The notes beneath the pieces were generated by a model. The model saw only the letters and a list, made by a program, of their open reading frames with translations, was not told where the DNA came from and ran no database searches. From positions 64,001 through 128,000 of the forward strand of contig CAVOKF010000005.1 in NCBI GenBank assembly GCA_963696385.1: a DNA stretch of 64,000 nucleotides. Reading direction: 5' to 3'. This document shows positions 10,120 through 21,662 of the stretch, one piece after another. A program made the translations under genes and the position numbers. Source of the DNA: an uncultured delta proteobacterium (lineage in GTDB: Bacteria > Myxococcota_A > Polyangia > Polyangiales > Polyangiaceae). Position 1 is the stretch's first letter. Each line of letters opens with the position of its first letter.

Positions 10120-11657
10120 CCGGGGTCTCCGCGCGCCCCGATGCGGATGGGCTGAGACTGGACGAACTTGCGCGGGAGCTGCCCCAGAGCAGCGTGATCA
10201 CGGGTGACGCTTCGACCCGCGTGCGGGGCGTCCGCCACGATTCGCGTCGGGTAGAGCCAGGTGATCTGTTCGTCGCGCGGCCGGGCCTTCATGCGGACGG
10301 AGTGCGCTTCGTGGCCGACGCCTTAGCACGTGGGGCGGTCGCCGTGATGGCTACGCGAGGAGCGGTAGTGCCGGGGATCGCGCGTGTTCCCGTACTCCGC
10401 GTAGACGACGTGGCCGCGGGGCTCGCGTACGCTGCGTCCGCGGTTTATGGGCAACCGTCGTTTGCGCTCGACGTGGTGGGAATTACGGGGACCAACGGAA
10501 AGACCACCACTGCCCACCTGACCAGGGCTGCGGTCGACGGCGCGCTCGGGGGCGCGAGGTGCGGCGTGCTCGGCACGGTCGGTCACGCCTTCGGCGACTG
10601 GCGCCTTCCTGCGGAGCACACGACTCCCGAGGCCGATGACGTTGCGCGAGCGATGGTCGAGATGCGGGGCCGTGGCGCGACGCACGTGGCTATGGAAGTC
10701 TCCTCGCACGCGCTAGCGCTCGGGCGCGTGCGGGCGGTTCACTTTCGCGTCGCCGCGTTCACGAACTTGACCCAAGACCACCTTGATTTCCACGGCTCGA
10801 TGGCGGCGTACGGCGAGGCCAAGGCTCGTCTGTTCACGGAGCTGGGCCCCAGTGCGGTCGTTCTCAACGTCGATGACGCGTTCGGTCGCGATCTGGTTCG
10901 TCGCGTCCAAGCGCCCGTCGTTCGAGTGAGCACGAGCGAATGGGCCGGCCCGCGAGAGGCAGATGTGGCTCCGCGCCGCCTTCGGGCCACCGCGCGCGGA
11001 ATTGAAGCGGAGGTGAGAACTCCCGCCGGTGAGGTCGCCCTGAACTCTGGGCTCGTGGGCAGCCACAACCTCGAGAATTTGTTGGTCGCTTTGGCCGTTG
11101 CGCATGCCCTCGATCTCGACGTGGTTGGCGCGGCGGCAGCCCTTTCGCGTGAGCCGGCGCCTGCCGGTCGGCTGGAACGCTGCGACGACGAATCCGACGC
11201 CGTCACCGTTCTTGTTGACTATGCACACACGCCGGACGCGCTCGCGCGCGTGTTGGAAGCGGTCCGTCCCCTCTCGCGGGGGCGCGTGTGGTGCGTCTTC
11301 GGGTGCGGAGGCGACCGGGATTCCACGAAGCGTGCCCTCATGGGGGATGCCGCCGCGCGTCGCGCGGACGTTCTGGTCGTTACGAGCGATAACTCTCGCA
11401 CCGAAGACCCCCGCGCCATCGCAGCCGAAATCGTAGCGGGTGCGCGCGCTGCCGGGGCCAATCCGATCGTCGAGCTCGATCGCCGCCGAGCGATCGACAT
11501 CGCCGTGCAATCGGCCGACGATGATGACGTCATCGTCGTCTCAGGCAAGGGCCACGAGGACTATCAAGTCATCGGAACGGTGAAACATCCTTTCGACGAC
11601 CGGACGGAAGCTCGGCGGGCCCTCTCGCTGCGACGGCGCACCCGGGGAGGCGTATGA
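10116..11657 (+). CDS. murE: UDP-MurNAc-tripeptide synthetase
   Basis: GITGTNGKTT, MEVSSH, FTNLTQDHLDFH, VDYAHTPD, FGCGGDRD, SDNSR (DNPR-like), GKGHE. Confidence 0.96.
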   Translation: MTGVSARPDADGLRLDELARELPQSSVITGDASTRVRGVRHDSRRVEPGDLFVARPGLHADGVRFVADALARGAVAVMATRGAVVPGIARVPVLRVDDVAAGLAYAASAVYGQPSFALDVVGITGTNGKTTTAHLTRAAVDGALGGARCGVLGTVGHAFGDWRLPAEHTTPEADDVARAMVEMRGRGATHVAMEVSSHALALGRVRAVHFRVAAFTNLTQDHLDFHGSMAAYGEAKARLFTELGPSAVVLNVDDAFGRDLVRRVQAPVVRVSTSEWAGPREADVAPRRLRATARGIEAEVRTPAGEVALNSGLVGSHNLENLLVALAVAHALDLDVVGAAAALSREPAPAGRLERCDDESDAVTVLVDYAHTPDALARVLEAVRPLSRGRVWCVFGCGGDRDSTKRALMGDAAARRADVLVVTSDNSRTEDPRAIAAEIVAGARAAGANPIVELDRRRAIDIAVQSADDDDVIVVSGKGHEDYQVIGTVKHPFDDRTEARRALSLRRRTRGGV

Positions 11658-11658
11658 G

Positions 11659-13128
11659 ATGGCAACGCCCATCCCCGAGAACAGCGCGCCATTGACGGTT
11701 TGGGCGGCGGCGGCGGCGACGGGCGGGCGGGTCTTTCGCGCCTTGCCGAGCGGGATCACCGCGCGCGGTATCGTGAGCGACAGTCGGTCGGTCGTGCCCG
11801 GATGCGCTTTCGTAGCCTTGCGCGGCGAGCGGCAAGATGGGCATGACTACGTGGGTGCAGCAGTTCGATCCGGCGCGGCCCTCGTCGTCGTCGAGCCGGG
11901 GCGGGCGTCCGACCAACGGGTCGACGTCGTCGAGGTCGATGATACCCTCGTCGCTTGGCAGCGCCTGGCACGCGCGCACGTTCGAAGCTGGCGGCGTTGT
12001 GCAACGGATCCGCTCGTTATCGCCATCACTGGTAGCTCGGGAAAAACCACGACGAAGGAGCTCTGCGCCGCGCTCGTGCGGTCCATTGGCGCGTGCCACG
12101 TCACGGCTGGCAACCTGAACAATCGCGTAGGCCTGCCGACAGTCGCGTTCGGTCTGCGTTCAGAGCATCGGTTCGCCGTGTTCGAGGTAGGCATGAGTGT
12201 GCGGGGCGAAATCGCCTCGTTGGCAGAAGTCGTGCAGCCCGATGTCGCAGTGATTACGAATGTGGGGGTCGCGCACGCGGCTGGCGTCGGTGGGAGCCGA
12301 GGGGACGTCGCCCGCGAGAAGGGCGATCTGTTCGCGGCCCTTTCGGAGCGCGACGTCGCTGTGGTTTGTTTCGACGACGCTGCGGCGATGGGGCAGCTCG
12401 CGCGCACGCGGGCGCGACGCGTCGTGACCTTTGGCACGAGAGAAGGTGCCGACTACCGGCTCGTGGAGAGGGCCCCGGCGGGGTTAGACGGCGCGCGTCT
12501 TCGGATTCTGCGCCGCCACGAGGGGACTGAGGTAAGCGCTGCGCTGCCGATCCTCGGCGAGGCCGCGGCACTCGACTTTCTCGCGTCCCTCGCGGCTGTC
12601 GAGGCAACTATCGGCCCCCTTAGTGCCGATACGGTCGAATGCTCGCTTCGTCTGCATTTGCGCCAACCGCCGGGCCGAATGCAGTCGCGCGCCCTGCGCA
12701 ACGGCACCATGGTCCTCGACGACACGTACAATGCCAACCCAGAGAGTGTGCGCGCAGCGCTTGAGACGCTTGGCGAGGTGGCACGCCAGCGCCGCTCCGT
12801 AGTCATCCTTGGGGAAATGCGCGAACTTGGTGCGATCGGCGAACAGGCGCACGCCGACCTCGGGCAGGCGGTAGCCCGTTCGGGGGCCCGCGTGATCGTG
12901 AGCTGTGGGGGCCTGGCCGATCGAACTGCGATGGACGCCGAGTTGGCCGGTGTTGCCGCAGTGCGTGCTTCCGACGCCGAGGAGGCCGCGCGTCTTGCAG
13001 CGTCCATCGTCCTCGCGGGCGACATCGTGCTCGTCAAGGCGTCGCGTAGCGTCGGGGCCGAACGCGTCGTCGACGCATTGATCCGATCGGGTGGGGGAGA
13101 GATCCTTCCGGCGCGGGGGGCCGACTGA
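11659..13128 (+). CDS. murF: UDP-MurNAc-pentapeptide synthetase
   Basis: ITGSSGKTTTKE, GNLNNRVG, DDTYNANP, GEMRELG, VKASR. Confidence 0.96.
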   Translation: MATPIPENSAPLTVWAAAAATGGRVFRALPSGITARGIVSDSRSVVPGCAFVALRGERQDGHDYVGAAVRSGAALVVVEPGRASDQRVDVVEVDDTLVAWQRLARAHVRSWRRCATDPLVIAITGSSGKTTTKELCAALVRSIGACHVTAGNLNNRVGLPTVAFGLRSEHRFAVFEVGMSVRGEIASLAEVVQPDVAVITNVGVAHAAGVGGSRGDVAREKGDLFAALSERDVAVVCFDDAAAMGQLARTRARRVVTFGTREGADYRLVERAPAGLDGARLRILRRHEGTEVSAALPILGEAAALDFLASLAAVEATIGPLSADTVECSLRLHLRQPPGRMQSRALRNGTMVLDDTYNANPESVRAALETLGEVARQRRSVVILGEMRELGAIGEQAHADLGQAVARSGARVIVSCGGLADRTAMDAELAGVAAVRASDAEEAARLAASIVLAGDIVLVKASRSVGAERVVDALIRSGGGEILPARGAD

Positions 13129-14276
13129 TGCTCTATGAGCTGCTTTTTCCGCTGCGTCACGACGCGGAATGGCTCGGGTTTCTGAACGTCTTGCGATATG
13201 TGCCCTTTCGCGCGATCGCCGCGACCGTCAGCGCCATGCTGCTCGCGTTCGTCCTCGCTCCATGGTTCATCCGCGAGCTACGGCGCAAGCAGATTGGCCA
13301 AGTCGTTCGTGCCGACGGGCCCCAGTCTCACTTGATCAAAAGCGGCACACCGACGATGGGGGGCGCACTGATTCTCCTCAGCGTCCTCGTTCCAACGATC
13401 TTGTGGTGCGACCCACGCAACGTCTTCGTTTGGGCCACGACGGCCGTCACCGCGGGCTATGGCGTCATCGGATACCTCGACGACTATCTGAAGATCAAGC
13501 TCAAGAACCCGAAGGGAGTTCCCGGGCGGTACAAACTTTTGGGTCAAGTCGCCATCGGAGGTGCCGCGCTGTCTTATGCGTTTCTTGCGCGCGGCCACGT
13601 TCCGTCCGACTGGTGGGATATTCGCTTCGATCTCGCGTTGCCGTTCCTTGCGTTTTCGAAGCACCCGATCGTCCTGTCGCCATGGATCTATTTGCCGTTC
13701 GCGGTGCTGGTGGTCGTCTGGACTTCGAACGCCGTCAACCTAACCGATGGCCTAGACGGGCTCGCCATCGGCCCCGTAATGATCAACGCGGGCACGTACC
13801 TCATCTGGGCGTACCTGGCCGGCGCGACGTTCGGCATTGCGCATGTCGCACAGCGTTTCGTCGTGGCGCGCTATCTCGACATCCCGTTCATCGCAAGCGG
13901 GGGTGAACTGTCGATCTACTGCGGCGCCATGGTGGGCGCAGGAATCGGTTTCCTTTGGTACAACACGTATCCTGCGCAGGTCTTCATGGGCGACGTTGGG
14001 TCCCTCGCGCTTGGTGGCGGACTCGGCATGTGCGCCGTGTTCACCAAGAACGAAGTCCTTTCCGCCATTCTGGGTGGCGTCTTCTTCCTCGAGGCGGTGA
14101 GCGTCGTCGTGCAAGTGGCGGCCTTCAGGCTGACGGGGCGGCGCATTTTTCTGATGGCCCCCATCCACCATCACTTCGAAAAGATGGGCTGGCCAGAGCC
14201 GAAAATTATCGTCCGCTTCTGGATCATCTCCATTCTCTTGGCACTGTTCAGCCTTTCGAGCTTGAAGTTGCGTTGA
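13128..14276 (+). CDS. mraY: Phospho-N-acetylmuramoyl-pentapeptide transferase
   Basis: KSGTPTMGG, LDD, SNAVNLTDGLDGLA, FMGDVGSL, MAPIHHHFE. Confidence 0.98.
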   Translation: MLYELLFPLRHDAEWLGFLNVLRYVPFRAIAATVSAMLLAFVLAPWFIRELRRKQIGQVVRADGPQSHLIKSGTPTMGGALILLSVLVPTILWCDPRNVFVWATTAVTAGYGVIGYLDDYLKIKLKNPKGVPGRYKLLGQVAIGGAALSYAFLARGHVPSDWWDIRFDLALPFLAFSKHPIVLSPWIYLPFAVLVVVWTSNAVNLTDGLDGLAIGPVMINAGTYLIWAYLAGATFGIAHVAQRFVVARYLDIPFIASGGELSIYCGAMVGAGIGFLWYNTYPAQVFMGDVGSLALGGGLGMCAVFTKNEVLSAILGGVFFLEAVSVVVQVAAFRLTGRRIFLMAPIHHHFEKMGWPEPKIIVRFWIISILLALFSLSSLKLR

Positions 14277-14290
14277 GAGGTCGTCCGGAC

Positions 14291-15634
14291 GTGATCGAAC
14301 TGGCGGGCAAGCAGGTCGTGGTTGTTGGCTTAGGGACTAGCGGCGTTGCGGCTGCACGCTTGTGCATGCGTCTCGGATGCAGAGTCGTGGCGAACGACGC
14401 CAAGCCGATCGAATCCCTCTCCGCCGACGCCCTTGCCCTCGGACCGCTCGGCGCCGAGCTGATCGGAGGGGGTCATTTCGCCGTCCGCTGGGAAGAGGCC
14501 GATTTGGTGATCGTCTCGCCGGGCGTGCCGCCCCTTCCTGAAATCAGTGACGTCGAAGAGCGGGGCGTTCCGGTGTGGGGCGATGTCGAGCTGGCTGTGC
14601 GGTCGATGGCGCGCGCCACGCCTGTCATCGCCATCGGCGGAACGAACGGCAAGAGCACGACCACGTCGCTCGTCGGCGCGATGTTGCGGGCGGGTGGCTT
14701 GCACGCGTTCGTCGGGGGAAACCTGGGCGAGCCTCTCTCCGACCATGTTGAGGAAGCTTTCGACGTGGTGGTCCTGGAGGTGTCCAGCTTCCAGATGGAG
14801 CGCGTGGATCGCTTCCATCCGCATGTCGGCGCGTTGCTGAATCTGACCGATGATCACCTCGATCGCTACCATGATTTCGAACAGTACGCGCACGCCAAAG
14901 GCAACGCCTTCGTTAGGCAAACCGAGGAGGACTGGGTCGTGGTTCCCGTCGCCGATTCAACGTGTTTACGTCAGGCGCGGCGCGGAGGAGCGCGCGTCGT
15001 GACCTTCGGTCGGGGCGGGACGCTCGATGTCACCGACGAGGAGGTGATCGATCGGCGGAACGGCGAGCGGTTCGACCCCACGGCTGGGGGGCTTTCGGGC
15101 GGCCACAACGCGTTCAATGTCGCAGCCGCCATTGCATGTGTGCGTCCGTTCGGTGTTACGGCGGAAGCGATTGCGAGGGCCTTGATGGGGTTTCGCGGGC
15201 TACCCCATCGATCCGCCTTCGTCATGACGCTGAAAGGGGTGCGCTTCTACGATGATTCAAAGGGGACGAATGTCGGTGCCGCGGTGACGGCGATCGACGG
15301 ACTGTTGGAGTCTCGAGCAGTACTCATCGCCGGCGGCAAGGACAAAGGGGGCAGCTACGCCCCGCTCGTCGACGCGCTCGCACGGAAGGGACGGGCAGCC
15401 GTTCTTCTCGGCGAGGCAGCCGACGCCATCGCGTTGGCCATCGGCGAGACGGTTCCAGTCTGGCGTGCGGCTTCCATGCAAGAGGCGGTGCGCCTCGGTG
15501 CCGAGCTCGCGCGTCCCGGTGACGCGGTTCTCCTTTCGCCTGCTTGCTCAAGCTTCGACATGTTTCGCGATTACAAACATCGTGGCGACGAATTCGTTCG
15601 CGCAGTGCGAGAGCTGGAAAAGGCCACATCGTGA
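14291..15634 (+). CDS. murD: UDP-MurNAc-L-Ala--D-Glu ligase
   Basis: GTG start; GLGTSG, SPGVP, GTNGKSTTT, LEVSSFQ, DHLDRY, DDSKGTN, LSPACSSFDMF. Confidence 0.96.
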   Translation: MIELAGKQVVVVGLGTSGVAAARLCMRLGCRVVANDAKPIESLSADALALGPLGAELIGGGHFAVRWEEADLVIVSPGVPPLPEISDVEERGVPVWGDVELAVRSMARATPVIAIGGTNGKSTTTSLVGAMLRAGGLHAFVGGNLGEPLSDHVEEAFDVVVLEVSSFQMERVDRFHPHVGALLNLTDDHLDRYHDFEQYAHAKGNAFVRQTEEDWVVVPVADSTCLRQARRGGARVVTFGRGGTLDVTDEEVIDRRNGERFDPTAGGLSGGHNAFNVAAAIACVRPFGVTAEAIARALMGFRGLPHRSAFVMTLKGVRFYDDSKGTNVGAAVTAIDGLLESRAVLIAGGKDKGGSYAPLVDALARKGRAAVLLGEAADAIALAIGETVPVWRAASMQEAVRLGAELARPGDAVLLSPACSSFDMFRDYKHRGDEFVRAVRELEKATS

Positions 15635-16896
15635 TGAGAAATACGGGAGTGGAGGCTCCGTTCGGGGCCGCTTTCCGGAACGTCCGCCGCACGGTTCGAA
15701 TGCAGCTCACGGCTCCTCTCGACGCACGCCCGGGGACAGGCTCGGTCGGCTCGGCCGACCCGGTTCTTGCGGCGACAGTTATCGCGCTCATCGGTTTCGG
15801 CATCGTTATGGTCTTCAGCGCCAGCGCAGTGCAGGCGACGGTCAAATACCAAGACCCCGAGTTTTTCCTGAAAAGGCAAGTCGCCTACGCGGGGCTCGGC
15901 CTGGCACTGATGTGGGCGGCGAGCCGGGTCGACTACCACCGCCTCTACAGTTTGACCTACCCAGTCCTGGGCGTGGTCGGTGGGCTGCTCGTGCTTTGTG
16001 TGGCTGGGTTCGGCCACTCGGGGGGGGGCGCGGCCCGATGGCTTGCGTTCGGACCGATTCACGTTCAACCAGCGGAAATGGCGAAGGTCGCGCTCGTCAT
16101 TTGGCTTGCGTATTCGCTTGCGAAGAAGGCCGAGCGGGTCAAGACGTTCACTGTCGGTTTCTTGCCGCATTTGCTCGTCGCCGGCGTGTTGATGCTGCTG
16201 TGCTTGAAACAGCCCGACTTCGGAAGTGCCGTGGTTCTCCTGCTCCTCACTTTTACGATGCTGTTCGTGGCGGGGGCTAAGGTCGGGTACATTTTGGGTG
16301 CATCGATCCTGGGAGCCGGCCTCGGTGCCGTCGCCATTCGGTTTCGAGAGTACCGCTACGAACGCTACCTGGCTTGGCTGCACATGGATCAGCACCGGCA
16401 GGACCTCGCCTATCAGCCCTTCCAAAGCGTCATGTCGTTCGGGTCGGGCGGAACCGTGGGTCTGGGGCTCGGGCGCGGACTGCAGACGCTCTATCTGCCG
16501 GAAGCCCACACCGACTTCGTTGCCGCAATCGTCGGCGAGGAGTTGGGCTTTCTGGGGGTCGCTGTTCTCTGCGGAGCGTATTTGCTCCTGGTTTCCAGAG
16601 GCGTTCGTGCAGCTTTGCGCGCACCAGACGACTTCGGCGCCTTCATGGCCTTCGGCTTGTCCACGATGTTTGGCGTCCAGGCGCTCGTGAACCTCTCCGT
16701 CGCCCTCGCGATTTTGCCCACCAAAGGCCTGACATTACCCTTCGTGAGCTTCGGCGGCTCGTCGCTCATCGTCAACGCCGTCGCGGCTGGGATCCTTCTC
16801 AACATCTCGCGCCTGGGCGTTCGGCCCTTTCCGTTCGAGCCTTCGCTGACGTTCGACGCAACGGACTGCGAGCCTCCCCGGGAGATCAGCGCGTGA
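15634..16896 (+). CDS. ftsW: SEDS peptidoglycan polymerase FtsW
   Basis: GAARW, QPAEMAK, QPDFG, YLPEAHTDF, PTKGLTLPFVSFGGSS. Confidence 0.96.
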   Translation: MRNTGVEAPFGAAFRNVRRTVRMQLTAPLDARPGTGSVGSADPVLAATVIALIGFGIVMVFSASAVQATVKYQDPEFFLKRQVAYAGLGLALMWAASRVDYHRLYSLTYPVLGVVGGLLVLCVAGFGHSGGGAARWLAFGPIHVQPAEMAKVALVIWLAYSLAKKAERVKTFTVGFLPHLLVAGVLMLLCLKQPDFGSAVVLLLLTFTMLFVAGAKVGYILGASILGAGLGAVAIRFREYRYERYLAWLHMDQHRQDLAYQPFQSVMSFGSGGTVGLGLGRGLQTLYLPEAHTDFVAAIVGEELGFLGVAVLCGAYLLLVSRGVRAALRAPDDFGAFMAFGLSTMFGVQALVNLSVALAILPTKGLTLPFVSFGGSSLIVNAVAAGILLNISRLGVRPFPFEPSLTFDATDCEPPREISA

Positions 16897-17978
16897 TGCC
16901 CCCAATGATCTTCATCGCGGGCGGTGGCACCGGCGGTCACGTGTTTCCGGCGGTTGCCGTCGCCGACGCACTCCGGGACCTGGCAGACGTCGAGGTGGTT
17001 TTCTTTGGAACCGATCGCGGCCTCGAGGCGCGCATCGTGCCCACTCATGGCTTCAGATTGGAGAAAATTCACGTGGAGCCGATGCGTGGCGGAGGCGCAC
17101 GCCGCGCGGCGCGTGGAGCGGCTGTTGCCCTCGGCGCTACCGCCCGATCATTCGCAAGAGTTCGTCGGCAGCGGCCCCGCGCCGTGTTGAGCGTCGGCGG
17201 CTACGCGTCCGGGCCGATGAGCCTGGCAGCAGCTTTTCTCGGCGTGCCGCTCGCGGTCCTTGAACCGAATACGGCCGTCGGTCTCGCCAATCGTGTCTTG
17301 GGTCCCGTTGCCAAACGCGCCTATATCGCGTGGGACGAGGCTGCCGGCAGCTTCTGTCGTGCGTCGTTGCGTCCGTACGGGGTCCCGCTCCGACGCGGAT
17401 TCGGTGCCCGCCCCTATGTGGCGGGCCTTTCGGTTCGTTTGCTCGTCATGGGCGGAAGTCGTGGAGCGGCTGTCATGAATGCACGAATGCCGGCTGCCAT
17501 CGCAAGATTGACCCCACGCTTCCCCCGCATTCAAGTGTTGCACCAAGCGGGACGCGATGCCGACAGCGAGGTGAGGGCCGGATACGCTCGGGCACACGTA
17601 GAAGGCGCCACAGTCGTTCCGTTTGTCGACGACGTTGCGCGGGCAATCGCCGAAGCAGACATCGTGGTCGCGCGGGCTGGCGCCGGAACCATCGCGGAGA
17701 TCACTTCGATCGGTCGGGCATCGCTCCTCATTCCATTCCCACATGCCGCGGACGATCATCAAGCAAGGAATGCGCGGGCGCTGGCGCGCCTTGGGGCAGG
17801 CATTTGTTTGAATCAGAGTGACGCCGACCCTTGTCGCCTGGCCGCAGAGATCGAGAGGTTGCTCGCGGACGCGGACACTCGTGTCGCGATGGCGAACGCT
17901 GCGCGTGCCCGCGGCCGGCCGAATGCCGCCCGCGATGTCGCGCGAGATCTGCTGGACCTCGCTGCGGGAGGTCACTGA
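16896..17978 (+). CDS. murG: Lipid II GlcNAc transferase MurG
   Basis: [35 protein letters not shown]. Confidence 0.96.
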   Translation: MPPMIFIAGGGTGGHVFPAVAVADALRDLADVEVVFFGTDRGLEARIVPTHGFRLEKIHVEPMRGGGARRAARGAAVALGATARSFARVRRQRPRAVLSVGGYASGPMSLAAAFLGVPLAVLEPNTAVGLANRVLGPVAKRAYIAWDEAAGSFCRASLRPYGVPLRRGFGARPYVAGLSVRLLVMGGSRGAAVMNARMPAAIARLTPRFPRIQVLHQAGRDADSEVRAGYARAHVEGATVVPFVDDVARAIAEADIVVARAGAGTIAEITSIGRASLLIPFPHAADDHQARNARALARLGAGICLNQSDADPCRLAAEIERLLADADTRVAMANAARARGRPNAARDVARDLLDLAAGGH

Positions 17979-19387
17979 TGTTCCGGGGCCGCGTGCGTCA
18001 TGTTCACTTCGTCGGCATTGGCGGCATCGGGATGAGCGGTCTGGCCGAAATTTTGCGCGCTCTCCAATTCGAGGTGAGTGGGTCGGATTTGAAGCCAAAC
18101 GAAAATACTCGCCGACTCGAGATGCTTGGTGTTCGCGCCTTCTTCGGACACGCTGCCAAAAACGTGATCGGCGCCGACGTGGTAGTTTATTCGAGCGCCA
18201 TCCAGCCCCAAAATCCAGAAATTACGCACGCCCGCACTCTCGAGATCCCAATTATTCCTCGGGCCGAAATGCTGGCGGAGCTCATGCGCAGCCGGTACGC
18301 GGTGACCATCGCCGGATCGCATGGGAAGACGACCACTACATCACTCGTAGCGACGATACTTCGTGCGGCCGGTCTCGACCCGACCGTCGTCGTCGGTGGC
18401 AAGGTGAATGCCCTTGGGACCAACGCGCGCCATGGAGAAGGCGACCTTTTTGTGGCCGAAGCCGACGAGAGCGACGGATCATTCCTCAAGCTCACGCCGA
18501 CGATCGCGGTCGTCACGAACATCGACGCCGAGCACCTCGATCATTACGGAACGCATGACGCCGTCAAAGATGCGTTCGTTGAGCACGCAAACAAGGTTCC
18601 GTTTTATGGGTTGTGTGTCCTCTGCCTCGACAATCCGAGCGTGCAGGAGATCCTGCCTCGCATCGATCGCCGTCACGTGACGTACGGGGTTTCGAAGGTC
18701 GCCGATTACCGCGCAACCAACGCTCGATTCGAAGGAGTCACGACGCGTTTCGAAGCGTTCCGGCGCGCCGAACGGCTCGGGACGTTCTTCGTGAGGATGC
18801 CGGGTGCACACAACGTGCTCAACGCCCTCGCGGCGATCGCCGTTGCGGACGAGCTGGAGGTCCCGCTCGACGTGACGCGCGATGCGATCGCGGGATTTCA
18901 CGGCGTCCAGAGGCGGTTCACCGTGCTCGGACAACCGCAGTACACGAAGGGAGGTCGGCGCGGCGACGTGATGGTTATCGATGACTACGGGCACCACCCT
19001 GCCGAGGTGGAGGCGACCCTCGACGCCGCGCAGCGGGGCTTCGAACGACGGGTCGTCGTAGCCTTTCAGCCACATCGGTATACGCGGACTCAGCTGCTGT
19101 TCGATGACTTCACGCGAGCATTCAACAAGGCTGACGTTCTTTTGGTGACCGAAGTGTATCCGGCAGGCGAACGACCAATCGATGGCGCCTCGGGCTTGTC
19201 GCTCTCCGAAGGCATCCGCGCGCACGGTCACCACGCCGTCACGTACGTCCGAGACAAGAAGGAGGTCGCGCAGGCTCTGTTCGATCTGCTCGAACCCGGA
19301 GACCTGGTCATTGCCCTAGGGGCGGGTGACATCAATGCGAGCGTCCGGGAGCTGCTGGTGATGATCGAGCGGAAGGCCACGCAATGA
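17978..19387 (+). CDS. murC: UDP-MurNAc--L-Ala ligase
   Basis: [46 protein letters not shown]. Confidence 0.98.
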   Translation: MFRGRVRHVHFVGIGGIGMSGLAEILRALQFEVSGSDLKPNENTRRLEMLGVRAFFGHAAKNVIGADVVVYSSAIQPQNPEITHARTLEIPIIPRAEMLAELMRSRYAVTIAGSHGKTTTTSLVATILRAAGLDPTVVVGGKVNALGTNARHGEGDLFVAEADESDGSFLKLTPTIAVVTNIDAEHLDHYGTHDAVKDAFVEHANKVPFYGLCVLCLDNPSVQEILPRIDRRHVTYGVSKVADYRATNARFEGVTTRFEAFRRAERLGTFFVRMPGAHNVLNALAAIAVADELEVPLDVTRDAIAGFHGVQRRFTVLGQPQYTKGGRRGDVMVIDDYGHHPAEVEATLDAAQRGFERRVVVAFQPHRYTRTQLLFDDFTRAFNKADVLLVTEVYPAGERPIDGASGLSLSEGIRAHGHHAVTYVRDKKEVAQALFDLLEPGDLVIALGAGDINASVRELLVMIERKATQ

Positions 19388-20238
19388 CTCCGGGCAACCG
19401 GCGGGTGGGGCCCTCCGCTGGGCGAGTGCGCGGCCACGAAGGAAAAGCTGCCGCTTCCACGCAGGGTCCCCTTCGCCCACGGTCCCTTTCCCGCGTGTTT
19501 GCCGCGTTTCGCACCTTGACTGGGGCTGCTCTCGTGAGCGGTGCGTCGCTCGGCGTGGCGTGGGTGGCTCGTCGCCAGGTCATGACAAGTGAGCGCTTTG
19601 CAATCTCGGCAATCGACGTCGAAGGTATGGATCGGCGCTCTTCCGATGTACTCGTTTCCGAAAGCGGTTTGTCGCTGGGTGGAAACATATTCGCCGCGGA
19701 CTTGGACGCCGCGCGCGCCAAACTGCTCGTCGACCCGTGGATTACCGACGCTACACTCGTTCGAAAGCTCCCCGGCACGATCTTGATCCGGGTGACCGAA
19801 CGTAAGCCTGCCGCCTTGATCGCTCTGGGTGAGACCTATCTCGCCACGGCCGATGGGGAGCCCTTCAAGTCGTTTGAGCCGAGTGACCCTGTCGATCTGC
19901 CGTTTGTCACCGGCATCGGTCCCGAGGCCGTCGCAGAGGATCGCGAAGGCGTGGCGCGGACGATTCGCCGGGCTATCGAGCTGGCGGCAGAGTTTGAGCG
20001 TACCGGTCTTGGAAAGCGCTCCCCCCTCGAGGAAATTCACGTCGGCGGCGACGGCTTCTTCACGCTCGTCGTTGGGCACGCGGCGATGCAGCTCATGCTC
20101 GGGGGGCCGCCATTTCGACGGAAGCTCGAACAGGCCGTCCGCGTCCTTGCCGAGCTCGACAAGCGTGGCGGGAAGGCCGATGCCATCTTGCTCGACAACG
20201 ATACCCGCCCGGAGCGGGTCGTCGTTCGGATGCGGTGA
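19384..20238 (+). CDS. ftsQ: Cell division protein FtsQ/DivIB
   Basis: TM plus POTRA-type PWI..A...RKLPGT..I.V.ER.P; directly before ftsA. Confidence 0.88.
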   Translation: MTPGNRRVGPSAGRVRGHEGKAAASTQGPLRPRSLSRVFAAFRTLTGAALVSGASLGVAWVARRQVMTSERFAISAIDVEGMDRRSSDVLVSESGLSLGGNIFAADLDAARAKLLVDPWITDATLVRKLPGTILIRVTERKPAALIALGETYLATADGEPFKSFEPSDPVDLPFVTGIGPEAVAEDREGVARTIRRAIELAAEFERTGLGKRSPLEEIHVGGDGFFTLVVGHAAMQLMLGGPPFRRKLEQAVRVLAELDKRGGKADAILLDNDTRPERVVVRMR

Positions 20239-20298
20239 CGAGCGCGGGCATGCCGAAGATTTGGCCCACGCTGCCGCCGCGTGCGATTGCCGATCCAG

Positions 20299-21573
20299 AT
20301 GAGCATCGCAGCTTCGCAAGGCGAGATCGTCGTAGGCCTTGATATTGGCACCACCAAGGTGTGCGCCGTCGTGGCCGAGGTCGACGCGGCCGATGGGATC
20401 ACGATCCTGGGTGTCGGCATGGTGCCCTGCCGAGGGCTTCGAAAGGGTATCGTCGCCAACATCGATTGGACCGTTCGCTCAATCCGGGACGCGATCGAGA
20501 GCGCGCAGACGATGGCGGGGGTCGAGATCAGAACCATATATGCCGGCATCGGGGGTAGCCATGTGCGCTCATCCGCGAGCGACGGGGTGGCGGCCATCGC
20601 GGGGGGCGAGGTAACACGCAGCGACGTCGAGCGGGTACTCGAAGGGGCACGAGCCATTCCGGTCGATGCTGACCGCCAAATCCTACACGTTCTGCCGCGC
20701 GAGTACATGGTCGACAGCCAGGACGGCATCCGTGATCCAATCGGCATGGCTGGCGTGCGGCTCGGCGTGAAAGTCAATCTCGTCACGGCGGCCACCAGCT
20801 GCGCGCAGAACGTCATCCGCTGTGCCGAACGATGCGGGCTCACCGTCGCGGATGTGGTGCTGCAGCCTCTCGCAAGCGCTGAGGCCGTACTGAGCGACGA
20901 TGAGAAGGAGATAGGCGTTGCGGTCGTCGACATCGGCGGCGGAACGACCGATGTGCTGCTCTACGTCGATGGCGGCATCGCTCACGCGAGCGTGATTCCA
21001 GTTGGCGGCAACAACATCACGAGCGACGTTGCCGCAGGACTGCGGACCCCGATGGCGGAAGCTGATCGCCTGAAGCGCCTCGCCGGCTGTGCGCTCGGGC
21101 GCATGGTGGCCGATGACGAGGAGATCGAAGTGCCGGGCGTTGGTGGTCACGCGCCCCGGAAGACGGCACGCCGCGTGCTGAGCGACATCATCGAGCCAAG
21201 GGTCGAGGAGATCTTCGCCGTCGTCCGCAAGCGCATCGAAGACACGGGGATGCTCGAGCAACTGAGCGCGGGCGTGGTTCTGACCGGTGGCGCCGTGTTG
21301 CTTCAGGGCATGAGTGAGTTTGCGGAGGAAATCCTGGGAATGCCGGTCCGCATAGGAATGCCGACGGCGATCAAGGGGATCACGCAACTTGTTCACGGCC
21401 CCGAATACGCCGCCGGCGTCGGGCTCGTGAAATACGGCGCGCACGCGATCGGCGCGGAGGCCGTCCAGCCCGTTGCGGCCGCCGCTCCGCTCCGGACTCG
21501 GGCGCAGTCGCAGGTCGAAATTCCCGAGCCTCGCAAGTCTGGGTTTTGGCACTGGTTCAAAGCCGCATTTTAG
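20299..21573 (+). CDS. ftsA: Cell division protein FtsA
   Basis: GLDIGTTKV, DIGGGTTD, VGGNNIT, VLTGG. Confidence 0.97.
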   Translation: MSIAASQGEIVVGLDIGTTKVCAVVAEVDAADGITILGVGMVPCRGLRKGIVANIDWTVRSIRDAIESAQTMAGVEIRTIYAGIGGSHVRSSASDGVAAIAGGEVTRSDVERVLEGARAIPVDADRQILHVLPREYMVDSQDGIRDPIGMAGVRLGVKVNLVTAATSCAQNVIRCAERCGLTVADVVLQPLASAEAVLSDDEKEIGVAVVDIGGGTTDVLLYVDGGIAHASVIPVGGNNITSDVAAGLRTPMAEADRLKRLAGCALGRMVADDEEIEVPGVGGHAPRKTARRVLSDIIEPRVEEIFAVVRKRIEDTGMLEQLSAGVVLTGGAVLLQGMSEFAEEILGMPVRIGMPTAIKGITQLVHGPEYAAGVGLVKYGAHAIGAEAVQPVAAAAPLRTRAQSQVEIPEPRKSGFWHWFKAAF

Positions 21574-21662
21574 CGAGTGGGAGTCAATCCTACGAATCGC
21601 AGACGAGAAGTTGAGTAGTTTCCCGAGGGTGTCTTAGACGGTTTGCCGGAGGATCAACGCCG

